Shown here one piece after another: positions 13,900-25,640 of a DNA stretch of 64,000 nt. The stretch's first letter is position 1, and every line of letters begins with the position of its first letter. The DNA is taken from NCBI GenBank assembly GCA_973851085.1, contig OZ316775.1, positions 16,120,001-16,184,000 of the forward strand, written 5' to 3'. The position numbers were made by a program, and so were the translations under genes. A model generated the notes under the pieces. It was not told the DNA's origin, did not search any database, and was given only the letters and a program-made list of their open reading frames with translations. This DNA is from Ptychomitrium polyphyllum (taxonomy: Eukaryota).

Positions 13900-16050
13900 C
13901 TAGAAGGTTGTAAGATTGGTAAGGAATTTCAGAGCAATGATCGAAACTAGTGCAACCTGAACAAATAAACAAATCAGGAATAGGAGTTGGACCACATGGA
14001 CATCTTACATGTAAGCCTCAGAAGTGAGACACAGATCATGCGGACACGCAATCCCTCATTACGGACCTGCACTCAATAATGATGATTCAGAGCGTTGACG
14101 CCACCTGAATTATATGGAAGTGACATTGACATTATTCATGTATAAACTCCAACAATACCTAGTTATTCCTAATGTAATCGATCATGCAGGTTCCAATATA
14201 GTTTTACTTATTAGCACCTTCAACAATCATACTTCACAGTCCTGTCTACACGATCCTCCAACTTCTCTCAAAAGGCTTGAAATCAAAAGAAGGTAATGGT
14301 TGATGACCTACGACCGGTCTTCCACTTGAATCGACGACGACGTGGAAGCTAGGACAGGAGGACCTGTAGTAGAATACCAGAATATCTCAACGAGATAATC
14401 GAAATCATGTACTCCTATACCTTCGTCGAACTGAATTAAACAATACTGCGTGAAATGACAACCAGCTTAAGATGCTAGAGAAATAAGTTAAATACTCGTA
14501 ATAAACTACAAACGAGCTTATACACATGAATCCTGCAACATCAACTTAAACAGAGACTGCAGTGATCTCATGTAGGCACATAAACTTCGCCTCTCGCCAC
14601 TGCTTGCACCTGTACCTGTACTGCTGGTCTTCACTGATACACTGTTTGGACACCAATCAACCATCAGCGCAAATAATCACATACAATTTGGCAAACCAAA
14701 ACGAACGAGCGGTCACAAATTATGAAAAAGACGCATGTTTGTTGGCCGACAAGAAACAGCCAAATATCAGGTATACGCGAGAACGTGCACTCTTGACGGC
14801 ATGCCACTCAGTGCGTGTCTTCATTACCATATTATTCGGGCTCAAAGGGAAAAATATATCTGATCCTTCGGTAGACCGTTATAGATGTCCAGACTTGACT
14901 CAAGCTTTGCCAGAGATCGAATATGGCTCTGCAAATACGGCCGACGCTGGTAGGCAAACTCGGAGCATGATCTATGAAAACACAATTGTTTCAGCTGTAA
15001 AGAGTCAAATTGTAACTTAAGAATCCCGAAATCATACCGTATCTACCGTTAAGGAGGTGCCGAAAGCGAAGGTTGGATTGTCGACATTGACGTGCAAAAG
15101 GTGGAACTCATCATCTGTCCAGGATAGCCATCTATCATACGTAGCCTGTAGAAACACCTCAAGAGCTTGAGCTGCACTGAGACTCTCATTGCAAGAATCA
15201 GCTTGGCCTCACTAGCTTCAGGTGTTTCTACAGTCCAAATATGAAGACAACAGTGATTCTCGGGCCGGGGTGAGCTTCGACCCGAAACCGCTTTTCACTA
15301 TCCGCGTAGCCGCGCATTAAGTAATGATGCGCACGCCTTTGAAGAAACCGAGCACGTTTTGGCTCCTGCGGATGCAATGCTTCCGTTATACATTAACTGC
15401 ACTTCCATCCACCAATGCGCAACTGGCATCAAGAGTCCGTCACCTCTTGGCTCTTCCTCGATATGCCGCGCGCGCGCGAGTCATTAACTGGAAACTTGCG
15501 ACTCCATTCAAAAGGAACTCGTTTAATCGTAGCTTCTGAATACATTGCCATCAAAAAGCAGTGGTAAGAACAGTAGCATAACCGGAATAGGACCTAGCCA
15601 CATGCATGCCACAAGCAACTTCGGAACTGCGAGGTTTGGCACATCAAGCACGCACCCCATGCAGAAAGAAGAACGCAGGAACTATCAAAACCAGACGCAC
15701 CCTCCCACACACCATCCCCAACCACAGAAACCCTTTCAGATAACAGACCTGCAACATGACAAGCACGCTCACAACAACCTCACCAAGGCCCCAACACACA
15801 CCCAGGGAAAGAACGGAATTGCGGAGCCACTGAGACAGCGAGCAAAGTAGATGCCCCAGATGCTCCCCGTGCGGGCCCTCTGGGCCGTCACTCAGCTCCG
15901 GCAAGCCAAGCACCAAACCACATCTTTTAAACCCACAAGCACCATGGCGAAGCCTCTAGAATGGCCCAGAGAAACATCTAGCCGCGATGTTAAGGACCCC
16001 AGTGAAGAAGTGTGCGATGAAGTGGCGAGAACCTCTCTATTTAACCTTGC
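13900..16050 (-). ncRNA. Probable spliced primary transcript (pri-miR537) hosting the hairpin
   Basis: Minus-strand splice signals (donor ACG|gtatga at 15037, acceptors ttttcatag at 14972 and ctactacag at 14364), a GC-rich promoter-like region at 15850-16200 and no convincing ORF. Boundaries are approximate. Confidence 0.4.
15131..15248 (-). ncRNA. MIR537: MIR537 family microRNA precursor hairpin
   Basis: Reverse complement of 15142-15162 is UUGAGGUGUUUCUACAGGCUA, identical to the recalled moss miR537. The opposite arm 15215-15235 (minus: GACUGUAGAAACACCUGAAGC) pairs with it around a ~50-nt loop, and the flanks (tcatac/atatga) extend the stem. Confidence 0.88.
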
Positions 16051-17649
16051 TCCGCCATAGCCAAGGAAGCATCGACTGCTCCAGCTTGTCTGGCCTCAAG
16101 TTCACATGTGCAACACCAGGGCTAAGCTACGCTACGCAACGCGACGCTAGCGAAGAGGCCGGGGCCGCTTGGCTCCCTGGGCTGGGCTGCCCCTAGAAAT
16201 AAAATCCGCATCAGAGTATTGACGCTGTGAACACTCAGCTTAGCCCCAGTTTTCCCGGGCACTCCAGGAAGAAGAGGAAGGATGTTCCCTTTCGTATGTA
16301 CAGATTGAGGTCAACCCCTCTTGTTGACCAGTTTTAGGTTTCTGTACGTAGTACGAAAAGAAACCTTATACTGCGTCCGTCCGCATTTATAAATTTATTT
16401 TTTATTTAATTGAAATTGTACAGATTTCTTCTAATGCGTTACATGCTACCATACTTGTTTAAGAAATAGACAATATGCGTATTCACAATACCGAAACCAG
16501 TACTGTGTACGCTGATGGATTTTCAGTACTAGGAGAGTCATGCGCGGAGGTTCGCGGAATTCAAAAGAAAAAGTAAAATACAAACTGATACCTTCAAATT
16601 GGGTCCGCAAGGAGGACGCCTGTTTGCCAATGGAACTTTCCCTGAAAACGTGGTGACTAAATTATTGACAACCTCATCTCGATCAAGATTTGATTGCTCC
16701 GCGAGAATATCAGGTCTGAGGTCAGGGGGTTGCACTGTTGTCACTTGTTCTAAACTTGAAGCAGTATATGCACAATGCACATCACGTCTAGGATATGTAT
16801 AAATAACCAAAGAGAGACCACGTAACCGTAATCCCCTTTCCAAGACGGGGTATTTGGAAATTGAAATGAACCTGTGTTATTATTGGACAGAACATGCATC
16901 TCGACGCAGGCGACTACTTTCCATTCGGCATAAAAGATTGACTTTCACATGTTTTGCAAAAATAGCATAAAAGCTCCAGAATCGGTGAATCAACGGACCT
17001 GGCTGCAGTTTACAAAATCTTCATTCCCCTCATAATCAAAAGTGCCCTCTGGTGTGTAAGTTAAACCTCAGAACACAAAACAAACCCTCTGAGAATTCTA
17101 GACCTATGTGATAAGTTGGCACAAAACTTCACTCTTAAGCAGCTGTGTATTACCACAGTATCTCTGAGAACTGACTGAACTTGTCGAAGTTCAGGTTCTA
17201 CACAACTAACACATCAAACAAATTCGAAATCCTCCTCACCCTATCGTTCTACCTCTAGAAGCTGACGGCTATGAGTAACTGTTGGTTTACCAGATAGTTT
17301 CAGTACTTTGAAACCCAAGCCAGCCTTTGAAGCCTCCAGCCTTTTCCTAAACTGTACAGTCCAGAATTTGATCCTTGTCGACGAAAGCTGTTGCAAAGGT
17401 AGCTCTGTCAGGAGCATATGTTTGTACTCTGCCAGTCACTAAGTGTGGATTAGAGCGCTCCAGTGTCCACCAATATTCTCTCTGACTCGCTATAATCACG
17501 TAACAACCATCTGACACATACAGTCCACCCTCTGTTAGGTGAGTGGACCATAAACCAACAAATGTTCTTCTCCATATAGAAGGAGATTGCAACTCAAACT
17601 TGGAACATACATAGTTGGATTTGGCATATGACGAGGAACTTGTTGCAAA

Positions 17650-20100
17650 ATATTTGTATAGTTGAGAGAAGTTACTTAAGGGTAGTTGAAAACAAGACTA
17701 AAAAAGTATAGGTGTTTTAGTATTGTATGTAGGTGATCACAATACCAACATGGGAAACTAATTGAGTGACAAACTTCATTGTCTTGGAGATGGATATGAG
17801 TGCACCTACAATTTGATGGTAGTAAGGACTCGTTGGTTTATAAATGATATAACTTACTTTCCAGCAAAGAAATTGTAATACTTGTGAAAATGTAATGGTT
17901 TTATATTGTTATTTTTAGTGGCAAATGAAAGTACATATAAATGAAAGTAGTTAAGTATTAACTATGTGTAGATATTCATCAATTGTACAATAGTATTTGA
18001 TTAAATGATAATGCTTGTATGCATGTGGCACTTATAAAAAATTTATTTATAAAAATGAACAAAATACTTATAACATCTATTATACAATATTTTATGATGT
18101 ATTTTTTGGATACTTCAAAAATGTACCATTAACAAAATTTTAAAAATATTATTGAAGATATAATTAGAGATGGCAGGCTATAACCTTATTTCAATTTTTT
18201 TTCCACTATGCCCAATTCTTATTTTTAAATGACATATTAAAATTCAAATTATTTTTTATTTTTAGCCAATTTTTGACCTTGTAAATAATTTCTTATGCTT
18301 TTAAAATTTAGAAAATGAAGTGGACAATATTTTTTCATTTTTTTAATCAAATAAGATTCTATTTTCTATGGACAGAAAAATAAAGTTATACATTTAATTT
18401 GGATCTTATGAAAGTTAATTGTAAATAATGAAATTAGTTTTTATTTGGTTCCAAAGTAAGTTTACATCTCTATTCTTAGCAATATTATTCCTTCAAAATT
18501 TATACTTTAATATGTTAAATTGGATAATCTTAAATTATATATTTTGGTTCATTATACATAATTGATAAAATCGTCTTGGCTCAAAATATTAAAAATGAGT
18601 TTTTGATGATTTATAATACTAAATGTTTCAAATTCATGCACACAGTAAATATCTTCTAAATACACTTAAGTATATTAAATCCTTAAAATTATTTTAAAAC
18701 ATCTAAATTACTTCAAATGTTTATCAATACAAATGGCATTTTTTTCCTAATTTTCATTCTTTTATTTTACATCCATATATCATGAACAATCCAATAAAAA
18801 CTACAAATCATTCCATTCAATCAAAAGCCTTTTCATTTAATTCAATAGATGCCATTACATATTTGTTCAATAAGATGTCTTTACATTTGATTAAATAATA
18901 AGCCTCTTCATTGTATCTTATGATAAGCTTCCATCTTCTCACCTCTATTGTTGTATCTAATTCTATTATGAATATTACAACTAATAAGTATTCATGGCTA
19001 CCAACTTAATGATCAATTTTCAACTAATACAGCTAATTTATAAACTAAAAAAATACCATATTAACATCAATTTACTTACATACTTTAAACAACATTAAAC
19101 ATACATAAATGCTTATACATTAACTATTAAACCATTGACATCATGACATTTATTCTTTCTAAATTTGCACATCATTTGATGTATATTAATTTACATAGAT
19201 AAAAGATATGGACCTCCTACATCTTTTGTGGAATTTGCTATTTATATTTATCAAATGAATATGTTGTTTTTAATGTTTTTGAATACATAATTAACACTTG
19301 TTTTTTAATATAAACTGATTCATCTATTAACAATTGAAAACTTCACTTATATTCCATAAAAATCTTGTAATATTTAGATGTAGTTTTTGTAAACTTGTTT
19401 AACAATATAGAATTCAAACCATTGCTTAAAATGTTTTCTTAATTGTGCTATGTTGGTTGTATAAGCTACTAATTTAAAACAACATTTGATTTCCATCTTA
19501 ATTTGCTTAGAATTGCAATTGATTCATAAAAACTTTTATTGTTGTTTTATTTTCAAGCTTTAATATTTTAATAGCTATTCAATGTCTATTAGCCTTCTTT
19601 TGAGTTGTCAAATTATTAATGCAAATAACTTTTTTGATTTAAAACATCTTTCCAATGCAATATATTTCATATTGATTTAATTACACAAGTTTCAAATTGT
19701 ATATTAACAATTATTTTTGTCATGATTTGAATCAATAAATTATAAACTCTATTATATAAAAACTTGATTTTATACATTTTGTGTTTTCTTCTCACTTTAC
19801 ATTACTTCCAAATACCATGGTTGTAGAAGACTTATCTATCATAAAAAACATTCAAAAGTAAACAACCATTATAAGGCTTTAGAATATGTTCAATGGCAAA
19901 ATCTTTTATATAACATTTAACCAAAATTGTTGCCTACACCAAATAATTTCAATATTCTATAATTATTTATGCACAAAGTATGTTTTTTATCAAATATGTA
20001 TATAAAATTCTTCTACCATGAATAGATTCAATGTTTTTGCTTTTCGATAAAAGCATTCTTTATGTATAAAAAGTTATATCCTTGAATAAAAGATTGATAC
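17650..20100. repeat. AT-rich decayed repeat/TE-remnant block
   Basis: About 2.4 kb of extremely AT-rich, CpG-depleted DNA with no ORF of 60 aa or more in the track. Confidence 0.4.
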
Positions 20101-20294
20101 GAATGGCTATATTAGCCGAAACTAGTGCCGAAACTTGATTAAGGGATGATTACATCTGGATTATCGAACTAGTTTATGTGGTGTCTGTCAAGACGTCATA
20201 AGTACATTCTGTATCCCTGAAAATTCTCTCCTCATTTGATAGGGATGTGCATATGGAGTACCATGGTCCCATTGTCCCCCACCTTTGTTAGACA

Positions 20295-20344
20295 TGCTAA
20301 AGAAGGCCAGTGGATTGCTAAAGAAGGCCAGTGGTTTGCTAAAG
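20295..20344. repeat. 21-bp tandem duplication (2.4 copies)
   Basis: tgctaaagaaggccagtggat / tgctaaagaaggccagtggtt / tgctaaag. Confidence 0.9.
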
Positions 20345-21365
20345 CAGCTGCTTTTCACATGCTCTACACCATACAGTGCATATTTTGCAATCAGATCTCC
20401 CACAAATAAAGAATAAATTTTAGAATAATGATATTGGGAAGAACTTCGTAAGTCTTGGAGGGTGGACTATAATCTAAAGCAGTACTGGTCGTCCTACTTT
20501 TAACTCCAAATTCTCTGAGGTAGTCAAGGGTGGATGCAACCTTCTTGAAAATTGTACTTAAATCATAAACGCAAATATAGTGAGGGAAAAAAAAAGGCAA
20601 GATCACATGCGATACGTGGAGTATTAAAAAGTTGAATCTGTGGAGTTATAAAAAAGTTTAGTTTTGACTTTAGGCCATTTGTAGAGTACATGGTACAGTA
20701 AGAAAGAGGCTAACCTAGAAGGAAGCAGCAGACAAAACCGAAAGTAGTACAGTGGACGGTGGATTTGAAAATCGCCACTGGTGGAATGGCGAATGGTTCT
20801 GCTAGACACGCCACAATGTAACTTATGGAAGTAAAGATCAAGAGCCGCCGTCGGATACCCTCTAATGCACTCGGGTGCTGCCACCGCTTATGCAGCGCTG
20901 CACCGTGCTGCAGCCTTCCCAAGGTAACCGAACTGGACGCACACCCACACCAGATTCATGAAATTGACTCCACGGGGTGAATCCAATTTCCATTTACACC
21001 GGCCAGTACTTGTTGAACTCCTTGTGGAAAACCGGTTCAACAACCATCAGCTTTCCAAGAAAAGTGACCATTTCTGTCTTTCAGATGAGATATACCATAG
21101 TACAAATGAAGACTATTTGGAGATGCAAAACGACTTGCACATCACAAAAGGTCATGGTAAGCATATCTCACGCTAGTGAAAAATGTTGCTAGTTCCTTGA
21201 AACATCATCTTGAAAATCAATATCGATGTTTACATCAGCCATCCTGCTTGTATGTTTGGGGAAGGCCTTCGGCAACCCACAACTCACTGAGCTATTTGTC
21301 TAGAGAAACCACGATCTTAAAAAAAATGAGAAAGCGCAAAATTGTGATGTCAAGTTGTGGCTATA

Positions 21366-23058
21366 TCATGAGACCCCATTGGATTTACCTGTAGGTACTA
21401 GAGTTTTGGATAAAACATGGCAATGTGGAGGTTCAATTCGTTTGTAATAGTTCTTGATAGTGTCAGTGATCTCAAACCCGAATTGCCGATAAAACTCGAT
21501 CGCCTCGTCGTTGTTAATTTGGACATGCAGATAGACTTCCACAATGTTGGAATCTTCCTTGCAAAGATCCAATGCATTCTGCAGCAGCTTTGTGCCTGCG
21601 CAACACAGCGTCAAAAATGTTTACGTCACCACGTAAAAGGAGGAGCTGCCACAGCCTGATATGAATCTAATCTTCAGGAGCTGGACTGAAAAGATCCAGA
21701 GCGCTCACTCCATCCCTGCAACAAATGCTCGAGACTACAATTCCCTAAGCTCCACAAACGAACCCATAGCACAGCTCTTCGATCAATTTTGAGAGCATTT
21801 CAAATAAACAGGCACTTGAGTGGGTCGAGCAAAGCCGGGTCCAACAAAACCCATAGCGTAGCACTGCCCAACATTCTGAAGGGAGAGAAGAACCCCACAG
21901 GGAGGCAACGCAGACAACCTTCTTTCTTAGAAACCCTAATAACCAACTTCATTGCACTTTGAGATATAAATCAAAACTCTACTCCATCCTCCATTTCAAG
22001 TTAGCATTCCCAAGTATTCTCGTATGCCACCATAAAATAATCCACTTGAAAATATAGAGTGGCACCGACAATTCCATTCAGAGTTCACGAGACACCTTCC
22101 CAAGACTTGTCTCCACATTAACAGTTACCAGAATCTTCCTTCAGACACAGGTGTATGCAGTCACCCGACACTACCTCAGTAAAGAATAGATCATCCATAG
22201 AAGTAGAGAAGAATACTTGCATTGACTCCTCGACCATACGATAGAAAAATGCACCAAACAAACAATTGAAGAAAGACTTACCAATGCCTAATCTCCGGTA
22301 AGGGGCGAGAACTCCCAAAGTCATGATGTAGAGCCGCACGTTGCCACCATCTTTCTTTTCCAGGCGGCAGGCGATGGATCCGACGCATATATCATTGTAA
22401 TACGCTGAAAAAAAAGAATTCACACGTCGTCCCATTTCAGAAATCACATCACAATAGCGACTCACCCAGAAAGGATCCAGAAATCTACAGCCAAGAAAAC
22501 ATTAAAAAATCATCAAAAATCAGGACCGCAAGCATAAACCCAAGCGCACCTGCGCCTCAGAAATTTCAACCCTTCAGCATGGTACTCGATCCTCTACGCC
22601 TCGATGCTGAATAGCCAACATTGGATGCATCTAACAATGACCTTCCAACTCCCTCCCGGAGGTAGGTGCATGTAGCACATTCACCATTAGGTGTGTCCAA
22701 TGTTGAAAGCATTCATTGTTTGGAAACCTTAGTCTGAAACTCACTACTAAATTCGAAGATGAATTTGCAGGATGCTGTACATTCAATCACAAACGGAAAA
22801 GAAAGAAATGAAACTACCATTTCCTCAACCAAAAAGAAAAAGAAAAAAGAAAAAATTTCCTAAGAAAAAACAACCCACTCCAAAAGTAACAGGATGCTCA
22901 CCGAGCTTGGTGAAGTCTCCGGAGTTGAGCGCATCGCTGTAAAACTTGTCCTGGTACGTGACAGGGAAGATGGCAGTGTTGAGCTTGCGCAACTGCATGA
23001 CATTCTTGTCCCTGACCGAGTCGAACGAGATCGATGCGGCCTCCTGCGCCCGCCCCAT
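21366..23058 (-). CDS. NAA50: N-alpha-acetyltransferase 50 (NatE catalytic subunit), 3 exons, 169 aa
   Basis: Exons 23058-22902, 22404-22282 and 21595-21366 (510 nt, GT-AG, in frame). Motifs 'QLRKLNTAIFPVTYQDKFY', 'LYIMTLGVLAPYRRLGIGTKLL', 'YLHVQINNDEAIEFYRQFGF', 'NYYKRIEPP' are characteristic of NAA50/San. Confidence 0.96.
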
Positions 23059-23078
23059 CTCCCCCTGTGCCCTGCCTC

Positions 23079-23108
23079 TGTGTGTGTGTGTGTGTGTGTG
23101 CGTGTGTG
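23079..23108. repeat. (TG)n/(CA)n microsatellite ~20 nt upstream of the NAA50 ATG (5' UTR)
   Basis: tgtgtgtgtgtgtgtgtgtgtgcgtgtgtg. Confidence 0.9.
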
Positions 23109-23133
23109 CACCCTCTCGCACCAAAACCCAAGC

Positions 23134-23141
23134 AAACCCTA
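23134..23141. promoter_or_regulatory. Telo-box (AAACCCTA) near the NAA50 start, with a variant at 23161 and GGCCCA site-II-like motif further upstream
   Basis: aaaccctag at 23134, aaaccctc at 23161, tgggcc at ~23353. This arrangement is typical of plant translation/housekeeping genes. Confidence 0.55.
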
Positions 23142-23699
23142 GAGCCTGCCTTCCTTCACTAAACCCTCGCCTCGGCCATCGGCTGCAGTGTCGAAGCGAC
23201 CTGCCCCTTGACCGTGCTCTTGCGTGGGCGTCCGACGTCCTCGGCGATCTCGCCACGTCAGCCGACGCAGGACGTTCAGGACTAGTCTTACCTCTCCGAT
23301 CTGACGGCATCGCATAGAGCCTATACGGCGATAGGGCCAGCGTCGGTGAGCGTGGGCCGGGGTTTCCAGAGAGCTCCGTCCCACCGTGTTCTCGGAGGTT
23401 TCTCCCCTGGTGATTCCCTGCTTTGGGCAAATAATTATGTTAGGAAAACAGGGGAACGTGGAAATTTTACAGTAGTTGACAGGGGTACGACATAAGATAG
23501 GCCATAGGCCTGGGAGCCCACTGCGCTTACAAATATTCCCTAAAGATTCCATGCATTGACTTTGACTGCACGGATATTGCTTGCAAATCCAGTAACTTTA
23601 CGATAATCACCATGCTTGTCGTGTTGGAATATTTGACTGGTATAGATATAATTGGCTAGTACATAGATGGTATACAGGTTAGTATGAGAGGGTAACTGG

Positions 23700-25640
23700 C
23701 TAGTGCATTAACTAGGATTCTACACTAAGCCAAAAGGTCTGTGTTTACTCATCTACTTTGGAATGGCTAGATGGCAAGAGGAAGGTGGTATAAGAATGTT
23801 AAAAATGAATAAAGTTGATTGAGTATCCACATGAAGAATTAGGTTGTTTTGGAGGAAGAAGAATTCATAATATATAACAAGTTGATTATTAGTGGAGAAT
23901 TAAATAAGTACAAATCCAATGGTTGGTACCTAAATGTATAATGTGTGATGGAATGTAATTGCCATTTAATCTGCTGATGCTTCAATTACAACTATTGCTA
24001 ATCATGGTTTAAATCATAAGTGGAATTTAGAGTTTAGTAGAACTATTAGTTACATCATAATATAACAAGTATATCTTGATGATGATTGAACATTCTTGAA
24101 ATAATTAGAAGTTATGGTTTAATATGATATGTTTAGTAAACAATTTGCTCATGGCTTTTGGAGTAAAGTGTTGAATTGCTTTGGAATTTCTGATACAAGT
24201 TTTAACAAACTAAGAAACTAAGTGTTATTTATTAGAAGATTTTCAAGCCTTATATGAACTTGTAATGATTGATCATCAAAATAAAATCTTAAAACCATTC
24301 AATAAGAAATGGTTTGGTAGATATCATGGTACAAATTGTTGTAAGGGAGCTTTTAAAATACAACTTATAAAAGGAGCATTTTTGAATGTGAATTTAGTTA
24401 TCCATGCCATATTGGATGAACAAGATATGCATAAGATGGAAAGATTTGCTTTTCTTTACCTTTTGTTTATGCCATGATGTTCATAGGTACCTTATCATTA
24501 CTAGATTCTTTTTTTACTTTGGATTTTATATTCAATAATATATTTTAGAGCTTGCATATATTAAATATAAAGTTTGTGATAATTTCATTTTTTGAATAAG
24601 ATGAGTTTTAATCTTTGTTATTGCATATCATTCTTTTTCGTTACTTTTCAAATCTTTTAACCATCAACAATTCATTTGAATGAAACATCTTACAATGGCA
24701 TGATGATTCTTTTTTTATAGCAATATTTTTAATTCTTTTAGCTTTTGAATGGTTTTTAAAAAAAATATATTGTTAGAGTATTATTTTTTAATCCTTAACT
24801 CACTTTTGTAACAAAGTAATTGTTGTTCATTCAAAAAATGAATTTCTTTTCAAAATGAACAAGGCTTAAGAATTAGATGCAAGTAAAATTCATGCTAATG
24901 ATTGAAATGTTTGATTGACTTTTTTCCTTTTAATAAAGGTTGGAAAGCCCTTCAAGTTGGAAATAAGCAATAAAGAAGGAAAAAGGAGGCCTTGACAAAC
25001 AACCATAAGTAAATAAGAATAAGCTTTATTGCTTGTTAGTACTAAGTATTAACCTTATTGATGAATGATTTTTAAATTCAAAGGAAAGAATGAAGGATAT
25101 TTGTAACATTTTTTTAAAAATTTGCAATAATATCCAATTGGCTTTGAATTAAATGGTTGTTGCTCAAAAAAACTATTGTTAAGGAACCACCCTACAAAAT
25201 ACATCTTGCATATTTAAACAAAGAAATAGCTTTATATTCACCTTAAATTTTATTGTATAGTAGTAATAGAGTGTTGCTAATGGCCATTGCAAATACTTAC
25301 ATCACAACTAGGATGAATGATATAGTGTTATGGATACAAGCATAGAAGCAATGGACATATTTTTAAAAGCAAGTGATATCAATGGCATTTAACGTGTTAT
25401 TTATTGTACAATTTTGAAACACCCTTTAATATCCTAACATTAAAAAAACTATTATGTGCCACAAGTAGAAATAATAATTTTTGCTAAGAAAATATGTCTA
25501 TTTGCAAAAAATTACACCAACTAATTTAGGTGTTATAATAAAATATATATTTCTACAGGAGCATAAGGTTTTTAAGTCAAATTTTTGCTAGTAGTGGTTT
25601 ATAATGGAAAAATTTGAAAGATTACAGGTGCAATTGTGCA
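23700..25640. repeat. AT-rich decayed repeat block flanking the gypsy element
   Basis: AT-rich, CpG-depleted, no credible ORF. Confidence 0.35.

Noticed and set aside
14078..14108. ATGATGA...CTGA resembling box C/D snoRNA boxes
   Set aside because: The boxes are only ~20 nt apart, far too short for a snoRNA.
15848..15980. Partial inverted repeat ctctgggccgtc / aatggcccagag and ORFs at 15545-16060
   Set aside because: Only ~12 bp pair and it is better explained by TGGGCC site-II-like promoter motifs. The ORFs are low-complexity with no family signal.
16538..17592. Short ORFs (16599-16802 +, 16538-16843 -, 17347-17592 -) and a small hairpin at ~17175-17195
   Set aside because: No recognisable domain or consistent splice pattern. 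An 8-bp stem is expected by chance.
22825..23552. Long overlapping ORFs around the NAA50 first exon (201 aa, 123 aa, 137 aa)
   Set aside because: By-products of a GC-rich promoter/5'UTR and microsatellite. The conserved NAA50 frame starts at ATG 23058.
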